Shown one piece after another: positions 20,901-31,769 of a DNA stretch of 64,000 bases. The position numbers and the translations under genes are program-made. This DNA comes from Macrostomum lignano (taxonomy: Eukaryota), in NCBI GenBank assembly GCA_002269645.1, contig NIVC01000114.1, forward strand, positions 897,218 to 961,217, read 5' to 3'. The notes beneath the pieces were generated by a model, which made no database searches, was not told where the DNA came from, and saw only the letters and a list, made by a program, of their open reading frames with translations. Numbering within the stretch: the first letter of the stretch is position 1; the number at the start of each line of letters is the position of its first letter.

Positions 20901-23900
20901 GCAAGCTGTCGATCAAGCTGGAGGTTACAGGACCGAGAATCAGTGGCCGGTCACCGTTCAGTCTCGCAGATCCAACGATGCCACGAAACGCGGTGATGTT
21001 GTCTGGCAACAGAGATGCGACGCCGCTAGGAAGACTCGGCGCTGATCTCTTTGACCGAGAGACACCAGCCGAAGAATCAACAAGCGACGGAGCCGGGGCT
21101 GCCCGAAGACCGCTGAAGCCGCCGATGATGAGCTGGCCTGACAGCTGCGGCAGCGGACTCGCACTGCTCAGCGATGCCGACCTGACTGAAGATGACACTG
21201 ACAGCGACAGCGAGCGACCCGATATCGACACGGAGATCTTCACGGACACGAAGCTGCCGGTGGCCACCGAGTCTGAGGACGTCAGCGCTGCGATGTGGGA
21301 GCCGTTGCCGTGCAGTAACTGGGCGGACAGACGGCCAGAATGATCGATCTGAAAAGATTGAAACAAATACTGAAAAAATCTGAAAATACTTTACAATCAA
21401 AGACATCAAAAAAGGACACTGACCGTAGCGAGCAGTCTCGGAGTGGTCGCCGAGTCGCTCGGGTCGCCCAGCAGAAGCAGAAACGCACCTCGAGACAAAG
21501 TCACCAGCCTCAGCTCAATCGTCCACGAGTTATTAGCAGTGAAATTCGAGTCAGCAGGAATTAGGGACAAAAAACTAGCTGATGAAGCGTTGCCGTCCAG
21601 TCCAAACGCAAAATCGGGAAGCTGGACCGAACAGTTGCGTCCCGTAAAGCTCCGCTCCAGGCTGCACACGCACCGGTAGTCGTGCAGGGGAGTCGGGAAC
21701 TCCTGCAAGAGAATCGGCTGGCACGTGGCGCCGTTCTGGCACCAGTTGGAGTCGCAGCCGGTGAGGCTCACCGAGCACTTCCTGCCGCCCAGTCCGGCAG
21801 GGCAGTTCGCGCACTCGAAATCCGCCAGCCGGTCGATGCAGGTCGCTCTGCTGGGACACGGCGGGGGCAGCGACCGACACTCGTCGATCTCTCGGCTGCA
21901 GTTTGAGCCCTCGTAGCCGGGCAGGCAGTGGCAGGTGAATGAGGCCAGGCCGTCCGTGCAGCTCGACGCGTGAACGCACACGCTGCGGTTGGTGGCCGGG
22001 TCCAGACAGTCGTTCGGGTTGATCTCGCAGTGGGTTCCATAGGCACCTGCACGAGAACTCGTAGATGTATTTTACGTGTAAAATGCTTCTAGAACAATTC
22101 CAGATAAGTAAAGCAAATCAAAACAGTACCAGATGGGCACCAGCAGATGTAGCCGGCAGCCATCGAATAGTTAAAGGTGCCGTTGAACGGTGGCGGGTAA
22201 CCAGCCAGTCCGTAGTACTTCTGGTTGCTGATCTCCAGACAACGACCCTCGTTTTTACACAGGTGCGGCGTGCAGTCCTCGTAGTCAAGGGAGCAGTCTG
22301 GGCCGGAGAATCCATCGTAGCAGTTGCAGGTGTAATTTCTGAACCCGTCGATGCAGGCCGCCCCGTTCTGGCACCGATTCGGCATGCAGTTGTCAATGCG
22401 GTTCTGGCAATTTGCGCCGTAAAAGTCCGTCATGGAACAGTCGCAGGTGTAACTTCTCAAGCCGTCGGTGCATTTGCCACCATTTTGACACGGGTTCGGT
22501 TGGCAATCGTTGATCCACAAGTTGCAATTTGTACCTTCGTAATCTGTGTCTTGACAATAGCACGTGTACCTGAGTAGGAGTAGTTATTACATGCAATTTA
22601 ATCCAATATACTAAAAATGAAAATCTTGCTTGTTTGTTTGTACGCAATCGATTAGAGAAAAAATGGCTGGACCGATTTTCATGAGATTTGCACTGTTCGA
22701 TCAGAAATTTGTACCTTCGTAATCTGTGTCTTGACAATAGCACGTGTACCTGAGTAGGAGTAGTTATTACATGCAATTTAATACGCTACTGATAGTCTAT
22801 TGTACCAGCGTTGGTGTTGAATCAATGTCAGATGTTTTACCATCAACTTCTCAATTAAAAAAAGAAGCAGCCTACTCCTACTTGCATGGTAAGTACATGC
22901 TTAACTCCTCTTATGAACTAACTACATTGTTACAAGCAGGGGCGTCGCCACCGGGGGGGGGGACATGCCCCCCCCCAGTAAAATCTATGGGGGGACATGA
23001 CAATGCTTTGTCCCCCCAACCCACCTTGTGACTCGTTGTGGAAAGCAAAAATTTTGTTTCAGGATGCTTAAATATAGCACCTGGGGCGCTAAAATGAGTA
23101 ACTGCAGCGCTAAAAAATAGCGCTGACAATCAGCAGGGGCGTCGCCATGGATTTTATGGTGGGGGGGGACAAAGCCAACAATTATACATGTACATGTACA
23201 TGACTAAGTTCCTACATGTACATTATTTTCAGAATTGGTATTGTCAGTACTCAATTTAGCGCCGCAGCCACTCATTTTAGCGCCGCAGATACTCATTTTA
23301 GCGCCACAGGCACTCATTTTAGCGTCACAGGCACTCATTTTAGCGCTGCAGGCACTCATTTTAGCGCTGCAGGCACTCATTTTAGCACCACAACACTCAT
23401 TTTAGCGCCTCAGGCACTCATTTTGGCGCCACAACACTCATTTTAGCGCCACAGCACTCATTTTAGCGCCGCAGGCACTCATTTTAGCGCCACAGCACTC
23501 ATTTTAGCGCCGCAGGCACTCATTTTGGCATGACCCCCCTGTTGGCGACGCCCCTGCTGAAAATTACACAACTTTCAAAATAATGTTACAGTAGGAATTT
23601 AGTCATGTATATGTAAATGTAAAACTCTGCTTTTTCCCCTTCATAAAATCTATGGCGACGCCCCTGGTTAAATGCTTGATTATTAAAGTTGTGTTCAGTT
23701 GAGCTTATTTGTGTTACAGATTTATTTGATCGCGTATACATGAGTAGATCGATGTACAAGCATGTTTTAGTTTGAATTGTTTTATTAATTAGTTATACAT
23801 GTACTCTATAGATGTAAGTGTAGTTAAGAAGAAACACAACTTCAAAAGTTATTAAAACACAAAAAACCAATATTTTAGCTGTGTGAACAAACATCATTGG

Positions 23901-24438
23901 TGACTTTTGATTGATTATAATGTAATTTTCTTCGTTATAACAAAAACTTTACATGTATATTTTAGTGTATGTTGTTCTTGAATGCACACATTTTTTGCCA
24001 CCTGGGCATGTTTAGAAGCGATGGTTAGAGACTCTAATCTATCGATTGTTTAGTTGCCAAGGCATCAGCAGCAAAACTTCAATCTTGCTTGAATTAACAT
24101 TTTTGCACACATTTTTGCCACCTAAGCATGTTTAGAAGCGATGGTTAGAGACTCTAATCTATCGATTGTTTACTTGCCAAGGCATTAGCAGCAAAACTTC
24201 AATCTTGCTTGTTAACACTGTGCTCAAGCTGTAGGACTCACGTCGTCTCTCCACTGCTACACAAGCCGCCGTTTTGACACGGCTTCGATTGGCAATAGTC
24301 CACGCTAGATGCGGCTCGCCGCGATGCAGTCAGCTGCAGTTCTAAGCCCTGGCAACTGCCCAGCAACCAGCAGCAGTGGAAATAGTAAACAAATAATAGA
24401 CTTTTGACAACCATAACTATCTGTAGACATTGTGCCAT
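17982..24438 (-). CDS. Crumbs-like EGF/laminin-G single-pass receptor, copy A (complete, 10 exons, about 1037 aa; signal peptide, about 10 EGF, 2 LamG, TM, long non-canonical tail)
   Basis: Exons 24438-24242, 22569-22130, 22046-21424, 21348-20777, 20701-20580, 20501-19761, 19305-19136, 19040-18960, 18585-18505, 18068-17982. All introns are GT-AG and phases match (3114 nt). Has the Crumbs-type inserted EGF (CLEISNQKYYG...FNYSMAAGYICWC), GGFEC-RTAATF leading into a LamG with FKGCLDNLRLNG, and TM AIVVAVGAALVVVILIAIA followed by KKK. Confidence 0.85.
18125..18440. repeat. 21-bp minisatellite variant GAGATGATGGATGAATTCTGT in the last intron of gene A
   Basis: Direct reading. Confidence 0.92.
19360..19670. 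repeat. 21-bp minisatellite variant GAGATGGTGGATGGGTTCTGT in the post-TM intron of gene A
   Basis: Direct reading. Confidence 0.93.
22937..23666. mobile_element. Nested hAT-like MITEs (TIR CAGGGGCGTCGCCA); inner copy 23134-23556 carries a 21-bp minisatellite
   Basis: TIR at 22937 and 23134, reverse complements ending 23556 and 23666. Outer flanks GTTACAAG / GTTAAATG (6/8 match). Confidence 0.75.
23991..24211. repeat. About 120-bp direct duplication in gene A intron 1
   Basis: TTTTTGCCACCT..GCATGTTTAGAAGCGATGG...CTTCAATCTTGCTTG occurs twice. Confidence 0.9.
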
Positions 24439-24955
24439 TGTGCCGTCTGAAGTATAAATTTGAAAACTCAACAAATGCAAGAATTGTGAAACTCTGCTAA
24501 CTCAAAATTGAAATCAAAACAGCCAAAGTTTAACTAGTGCAACAAATTAAAATTAATAATCATGAAAAACACATACTTTACTTAACTAAAAAGTTACTAT
24601 ATAAAAATCATAAGTCCGTATTTATTGTCAATTGGTATTTTAATAAACGATATATACATATATTAAATGTCTAATTAAAAATTTCTTCAAGCAAAGTTAA
24701 TTAGTGCGCAATATCTATTGTAGAATTTCTTGATACAATTATATTTTGACATTATTAATTGAATAGATATAAACAGAGAGAATGCTAGAGATAAAACAGA
24801 GCATAGTTAAAACACGCAAGTTACTAAAAAAACTATAAACTAAGAAAATTATCAAGCAGATGCACTACAGATTTACTAAAATCATAGCAAGAATAAAATT
24901 TGCAGTAGAATTTTCTTAAAAATGATCTAAGCTAAGTAAAGTATGCTCTTATAGT

Positions 24956-25215
24956 GGGGTTGTAGCCCAGTGGTTAGAGCGTCGGACGCAAGACTGAAAG
25001 GTCGGAGGTTCGATTCTCAACCCAATTTGGAACAATGTGTCTTTGGGCAAGACACTTAACTCTGCGTTGCTTCAGTTTACCCCCAGCTGTAAAAATGGGT
25101 GCTAGCATTAGCTGGGGTTTAATTGAGGGTGTGTGTGTGTGTGTATGTGGCGACCCCCCCCCCCTAAGTTCATATGCGCCGCGCTATAGCTGCGACTGAG
25201 CTGTTAGTTAATTAA
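24956..25215 (+). mobile_element. tRNA-derived SINE (A/B boxes plus conserved central domain)
   Basis: GGGGTTGTAGCCCAGTGGTTAGAGCG...GGTTCGATTC head, then TGTGTCTTTGGGCAAGACACTTAAC...CCCAGCTGTAAAAATGGG. Related copies occur elsewhere in the window. Confidence 0.85.
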
Positions 25216-25238
25216 ACCAGTTTGACCATCTACTAGAG

Positions 25239-25705
25239 CAGATCGAGGTTGGCAAACTTCGGCCCGGGAAGCCTCTTATCCGGCCCTTGGCTCATTTGAA
25301 ACTTCACAATAGCAATTCGGCCTGCTCAATGCTTGTGTCTCTTCTCTCCTCTCTCCTATCCCTTCTCCCCCCTACCCCCCTCTCTCTTCACTCCCCTCTT
25401 TCCTCTCTCTCCCCTATAACCCTCTCCTCTCTTCCCTCTCTAGCTCCTCTCTCATATCTCCCCTCTATCTCTCCTCTCCCTCGCTCTTCTCTCCCCTCAC
25501 ACCTCTCCTCTCTCCCCCTCTCTATTCTAACCCCTCTCTCCTCTGTCCCCTCTATTCTCTCCCTTCTTTCGTCTGTCTCCTCTTTTCTCATCTTGTCTTG
25601 TTTCTTATCTCTTCTATTCCCCCTCCTTTTCTCACTCATCTAGCCTGCAGCCATGAGCTAAATTCTACATCCGCCCCTTGAGGTAAAAAAGTCTGCCGAG
25701 CCCTG
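25239..25705. mobile_element. hAT-like MITE with CT-rich interior
   Basis: Ends CAG..GGTTGGCAAAC / GTCTGCCGAGCCCTG. Flanks TACTAGAG / TACTATAG (7/8, consistent with an 8-bp TSD). Confidence 0.7.
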
Positions 25706-25814
25706 TACTATAGAAATCGGACTTCTCTCCACCCAATTAGTCTATGGAAAATCCTCATATACATTTCCTACTACTACATGCAGATAACAGGAATGCGAGC
25801 AGAATTCTGTCAAG

Positions 25815-26858
25815 TTAATCAGACTTTTTATCAGTAGCAGCGGCAGCCCGTTTGCCATCTCGTACCAGCTGGTACAGCGACCTCAGATAGACCAAACCGA
25901 TGACACGGAACAGGCCACCCAGAGCGCACTGGGCCATGGTATCCAGCCAGCCAGTAGGCGGACTGAACCCCGCAGTCAGACAGCCAACCAGCCAACCATC
26001 CGAGCCGAAGCAACTCAAAAACCTGCCATCAATCAAATCTTTAACCAACTGCTCAGCAATCTGATCGGCAGAATACAGCGAGATATTGGCACTGATGCTA
26101 GCAGTGATAGCCGGCTTGCTGGCGTTCTCAGTCTGATAGCCGGGCGTGTCCGTGTCCGGTGGGAACGCCAGCACCAGTCTCACTTGGCTGGCTGCCAGCT
26201 CCATCTGAAGGGCTTCGGCCAAGCCGCGGAGAGCGAACTTGGCGGCCCCGTAGCCGGTGTAGCCGTAGACACCCAGCTGACCAGCTACACTGGACAGGAA
26301 GGCAATTCTAGCGGGCTGGCCCGCTGCCAACAGCCTGGGCAGCAGGCAGTGAGTCAGCCGCATTGCAGCAGTATAATTAGTAGCCATCTGACTCTCGTGC
26401 TGAGCCAGACTCAGCTGTTCAAACTCTAACGGCAAAGCGTAGCCGGCGCAGTTGACAACGCCTAGCAACGGTTGAGTCACTGTTGCTAAGTGACTGTCAA
26501 GATCAGCTTGAAGCTTATCCGGATCGCCAGTTAAATCAATTGATAACAAGTAGATAGCAGCCTCGGATTCGCTCAGTTCAGGCGAATCGGCTAGCAATTC
26601 GGCCTTAGCAACTGCTAACTTTTTAGCGTCCCTAGCAACAATAGTCAGATGAGCCCCCAGACGGCGCAGACGCCGGCACAGAGCAAAACCAATGCCGCTA
26701 GAGCCACCCGACACCACGAAATGGCCGCCGCGAGGATTCAACTTGTTGCTAGGGAGAATTCGGTTGAGAACTAGCCAGTAGCACAGGCTGAACAGAAGGC
26801 TGGCGGCTCCTAAAGCTGCCGCCACAATGCCTGACCAATAGCAGAGGGAGCAGTCCAT
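25815..26858 (-). CDS. KDSR: 3-ketodihydrosphingosine reductase (FVT1/TSC10 family SDR), intronless, 347 aa
   Basis: N-terminal TM segment, SGGSSGIG Rossmann motif, VNCAG, catalytic YGAAK, family motif FPPDTDTPG, C-terminal hydrophobic segment. Confidence 0.93.
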   Translation of the reverse strand: MDCSLCYWSGIVAAALGAASLLFSLCYWLVLNRILPSNKLNPRGGHFVVSGGSSGIGFALCRRLRRLGAHLTIVARDAKKLAVAKAELLADSPELSESEAAIYLLSIDLTGDPDKLQADLDSHLATVTQPLLGVVNCAGYALPLEFEQLSLAQHESQMATNYTAAMRLTHCLLPRLLAAGQPARIAFLSSVAGQLGVYGYTGYGAAKFALRGLAEALQMELAASQVRLVLAFPPDTDTPGYQTENASKPAITASISANISLYSADQIAEQLVKDLIDGRFLSCFGSDGWLVGCLTAGFSPPTGWLDTMAQCALGGLFRVIGLVYLRSLYQLVRDGKRAAAATDKKSD

Positions 26859-26949
26859 GCATATAAACGGTTTAGTCCTTTTAGGGAGCTTTCTTACAAA
26901 TATAAAGTACCTGAAATTAGGGCTAAAACATTTAAACTCTAATTTGTGG

Positions 26950-28200
26950 CTTACGGGGGAATTGATGAGATGCCAAAACGCTTAAGGGGGAATTTTGGAG
27001 ATGCCAAACGCTTGAAGGGGAATTGCTGATATGCTAAAGGCTTAATTAAAGGGGAATGGCTAAGATGCCAAAGGCTAACGGGGGAATTGCTGAGATGCCA
27101 AAGGCTAACTGGGGGAATTGCTGAGATGCCAAAGGCTTAAAGGGGGATTGCTGAGATGCCAAAGGCTAACTGGGGGAATTGCTGAGATGCCAAAGGCTAA
27201 CGGGGGGGGGTTGCTGAGATGCCAAAGGCTAACGGGGGGGGTTGCTGAGATGCCAAAGGCTAACGGGGGAATTGCTGAGATGCCAAAGGCTAACTGGGGG
27301 AATTGCTGAGATGCCAAAGGCTAACGGGGGGGGGGGTTGCTGAGATGCCAAAGGCTAACGGGGGAATTGCTGAGATGCCAAAGGCTAACTGGGGGAATTG
27401 CTGAGATGCCAAAGGCTAACTGGGGGAATTGCTGAGATGCCAAAGGCTAACGGAGGGGTTGCTGAGATGCCAAAGGCTAACGGAGGGGTTGCTGAGATGC
27501 CAAAGGCTAACGGGGAAATTGCTGAGATTCCAAAGGCTAACTGGGGGAATTGCTGAGATGCCAAAGGCTAACGGAGGGGTTGCTGAGATGCCAAAGGCTA
27601 ACGGAGGGGTTGCTGAGATGCCAAAGGCTAACGGGGAAATTGCTGAGATTCCAAAGGCTTAAAGGGGAATTGCTGAGATTCCAAAGGCTTAAAGGGGAAT
27701 TGCTGAGATTCCAAAGGCTTAAAGGGGAATTGCTGAGATTCCAAAGGCTTAAAGGGGAATTGCTGAGATTCCAAAGGCTTAAAGGGGAATTGCTGAGATT
27801 CCAAAGGCTTAAAGGGGAATTGCTGAGATTCCAAAGGCTTAAAATGGGAATTGCTGAGATTCCAAAGGCTTAAAGGGGAATTGCTGAGATGCCAAAGGCT
27901 AACTGGGGGAATTGCTGAGATGCCAAAGGCTAACTGGGGGAATTGCTGAGATTCCAAAGGCTTAAAGGGGAATTGCTGAGATGCCAAAGGCTTAAAGGGG
28001 AATTGCTGAGATGCCAAAGGCTAACTGGGGGAATTGCTGAGATGCCAAAGGCTAACTGGGGGAATTGCTGAGATTCCAAAGGCCTAAAGGGGAATTGCTG
28101 AGATGCCAAAGGCTTAAAGGGGAATTGCTGAGATGCGAAAGGCTTAAAGGGGAATTGCTGAGATGCCAAAGGCTTAAAGGGGAATTGCTGAGATGCTTAC
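26950..28200. repeat. About 30-bp minisatellite GGGGAATTGCTGAGAT(G/T)CCAAAGGCT(AAC/TAA), upstream of KDSR
   Basis: Direct reading. Variant units occur in blocks. Confidence 0.95.
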
Positions 28201-29084
28201 ATAGTTTAACCGCTAATTTATAAATTATATCTAAGATTAATATAACACTACTTAAACAACTAAGCGTAAGTAGTATATGAAAGCAAATCTTATATATTTC
28301 AAGAAAAAACTTTCAGAAAAACTTGACAAACTTATCTAAATTGTTTACTAGTAAAACATTCATGAGACTAATAAAAAAGATTGAAAAAATGCATGTAGAC
28401 TCAGATGAATTCAACCCATTACCAAGCAGGCTTGCAGCCCTAGTTTTATAGTAAATACATTTATATTTGAAAAAACTTAATTTTTCTGTCACAATAGATT
28501 TTGATCGCAGATAATTTTAAAAAAAGGAATAAACGCATGTAACACTCGCAGTCAAGATAAATATGCTTGCTACTAATTTGATAGGCTGGTGTTGGCTTCA
28601 AGCAAAACAAAATTGGGATCTCTGCTTCTAGAGGCGATATGTATCGATTTTATATTAGATTTTCTCCGCTGGCAATTAAAAAGCTTCAAACACAATTAAT
28701 ACAGTTGAGTCTACACTGAACTTGAAGAACATAAGCTTTGAGCTGGAGAATAATACGGTACTAAGATTGAAAAGAGTAGGATTCTAAAAATAGATTGAGA
28801 AACGGAGACAGGGTGAGAGAGCAGAAAAAAAATATAATTATGTTTATCCATCATTAAGTGTCGCGCAAAGCATAAATAGCCGTAGCATCCGGGATTTTAC
28901 TAGGTAAATATTGTATTCTTGTAAACATCTTTTGTTGAATTATGCATGCCATACATTAAATGGATAATATCTGTTACAATATGTGGTTAGCAATGATGTT
29001 ACCGTCTACATGTATAAGCGTTATGGTGATGCAAAAGTTTAAAACTAATAAATTTAGTTATCGGGTTGCAATTAACACATTGGA

Positions 29085-29610
29085 GAGAGTTCAAGGACTC
29101 TTATAAGTGTTTAGATTGGGAGTCTAAGGGCTCTTATAAGTATTTAGATTGGGAGTCTAAGGACTCTTATAAGTGTTTAGACTGGGAGTCTAAGGACTCT
29201 TATAAGTGTTTAGATTGGGAGTCTAAGGACTCTTATAAGTGTTTGGACTGGGAGTCTAAGGACTCTTATAAGTGTTTAGATTGGGAGTCTAAGGACTCTT
29301 ATAAGTGTTTAGACTGGGAGTCTAAGGACTCTTATAAGTGTTTGGATTGGGAGTCTAAGGACTCTTATAAGTATTTAGATTGGGAGTCTAAGGACTCTTA
29401 TAAGTTTTTAGATCGAAGAGCTTAAGGACTCTTAAAAAGTGTTTAGATTGGAGAGTTTAAGGACTCCTAAATAATGTTTAGACTGGGGAGTTCAAGGACT
29501 CCTAAATAGTGTTTAGATTGGGGAGTTCAAGGACTCCTAAATAATGTTTAGATTGGGGAGTTCAAGGACTCCTAAATAGTGTTTAGATTGTGGGTTTTAA
29601 GGACTCAAAT
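29085..29610. repeat. 33-bp minisatellite AAGGACTCTTATAAGTGTTTAGATTGGGAGTCT downstream of ALG2
   Basis: Direct reading. Gives the KDSYKCLDWES repeat ORF. Confidence 0.95.
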
Positions 29611-29763
29611 GTCATAAATTTCGGATTTAAAAAGTCAGCAAAAGTTTAGAACAGAAGCAATTTCTTTAACCATGATTTCAGTAGCTAATGACTAATTTAA
29701 ATCAAATATTGACGCAATAAAAATCTTCAAGCAGACACAAAAGTCCTGACTTGATGTGAAGTT

Positions 29764-31655
29764 TCAGTCACTAGAAGCAGCAGCAGAAGCCTCACTGTCC
29801 CTCTGCAGCACTCTGACCACAGCATCGGCAAAGGCGGCATTGGAGAACTTGTCGGTCACGTGACGCCTACCAGCTCGACCCATAGCGGTGCGCAGGCCCT
29901 CCTCATTAACCAGCCGACCCATTGCAGCCGAAAACTCAGCCTCGCCAGGCTCGCACAAGAAGCCAGTAGCTCCATGTAGTACAGTCTCCAATGGTCCGCC
30001 ATTATTCACTGCCACCACGGGGCAGCCGAGATACTGAGCTTCAACTGGCACAATGCCAAAATGCTCACCAGATGGAGTATAGATCAGAGCAGTGGCGATC
30101 TTTAGTAGGGCCGCTTTAGCAGGTGAGCTGCAACTGCGCAGAAAGGTGACCCGATTCGACACCTGCAGCTCCTCAGCCAGCTGACGCAACGCTTCAAAGT
30201 GTTCCACATTCTCCAACAGTCTCGAATCGTAGCCACCAGCAATGACCAGATGAGCTGAAGCTGCAGAGCCTCGTCCTTGATCGTTCAACAATCGTGCAAA
30301 GGCTTTCAAAGCCAATCCGACATTCTTTTTACGTTCGTAACGGTTTAATGATAGGAACAGGCTCCGGCGAGCGGACGGCTCCGGCAGGCAGGCTTGAAGC
30401 TCTTCGTCACCAGACGGATCGGCAGCGGCGATGTCCAGCGAGGCGAAGTTGGGTACCGGGTAGACGATGTGCAGTTTGCGGCTGGCCAGGGCCGGGAAGG
30501 TGGATCTGACCACGCTGGCTGTAAACCGGCTGTTCACCATCAGTTCATCAGCCCGGCCGGTGGTCCAGGCTTCCAGGGCGTCCAGCGGGCGACGATACAT
30601 ACGTTTCAGACGACCGGAGCGTTGAGTAGAGAGCAGCAGGTCCGGGTAGTGGCAGTAGAACAGGGTTCGCCGGGAGAACCAGCGTAGCAGAGGCACCGGG
30701 GCTGAGACCTGTGGACCAATGGTGAATCGCGGAGAGGGTACTATGGGGAAGGAAAAGAGGGAAAAGACTGGATCTATAGGAGGCAAAGGGAGAAGATGCG
30801 AAAAGTATTAAAAAGACAGGGAACATGCGGAAAAGAGGGTAGTTTGGGAGGGAAAGAGCGGGATAGATAGTAGAGGGTGGAAATGGGGAAGAGGGGAAGA
30901 GAAAATCGAAGGGGCAGAGAGACAGTAGAGAGGAAAGAGGGGGAAGAGGGGAAGAGGGGGAGAGAGGGTAGAGGGGGAAGAGTGGGAAGAGAGGGTAGAG
31001 GGAAAAGAGAGGGTAGAGGGGGCGAGAGGGTAGAGGGGGAAGAGGGGGAGAGAGGGTAGAGGGAAAGGGACGGAAGAGGGGGGAGAGGGAAAGAGGGTCA
31101 AGGGGTGGAAGAGAGGGTAAGGACAGACAGGGGGATCTCTATCTCTATCTATCTACAGAAATAAATAAAGTAGCCATAAGAGACAAAATACACAATGAAA
31201 AAATTCCGAACCTGATCCACAATAACCGCCCGAGGAAAATTGGCTCCCCTCCAACTGATCAGCACGTACAGAGCTGCCCACAGCATACGCAGGCAGGCAC
31301 ACAGAGCGATGCACCTGCCCATGAGAGACCTCGGCAGCCAGGATGCGCTGACAAACACGTCCAGCTGGCCGTTACGCGTCTCCTCAAAGCAGTGCGACTT
31401 ATCGTGATGCGCCGTGATGAAGGAGACTGGATAGCCGCGATCTTTCAATGCCAGAGCCATGTCCACCATCGCTCTCTCGGCGCCGCCTATCCCCAGATCC
31501 GGGTGCAGAAAGAGCACAGGGCCCGGGGCCGGCTGCTCCCGGCATTGGCTTCGATTGGGTTCGCTATTTGAATGCGACATCTCCTCGTCACTGCTGACGT
31601 CATCGCCGCTGCTGACGTCATCGTCACTAATTGGCGGATTCTTTGAGCCCGACAT
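29764..31655 (-). CDS. ALG2: Alpha-1,3/1,6-mannosyltransferase ALG2 (GT4), two exons 31655-31212 and 30708-29764, about 462 aa
   Basis: Motifs FLHPDLGIGGAER, FYCHYPD, LSLNRYERKKN, EHFGIVPVEA. Phase-0 intron VDQ|VSAP (CAG|GTTCGG ... CACAG|GTC). Confidence 0.94.
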
Positions 31656-31769
31656 GAAGAATAATTATATGAAATAGGTTAAGTAGATTATTTAGACAGC
31701 TGGTGATATAGTAAAGCGTTGAAGGTATGTGTGCCCTTTACAGTTAAGGGTGACTCTCATACAGCCTAC

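Noticed and set aside
234-24438. Interpretation as one Notch-like gene with internal repeats
   Set aside because: Each copy has its own signal exon, and A and B each have a TM, tail and stop. No LNR or ankyrin sequence is present.
24956-25030. Possible tRNA gene
   Set aside because: No clean cloverleaf. It continues into a SINE body shared with other copies.
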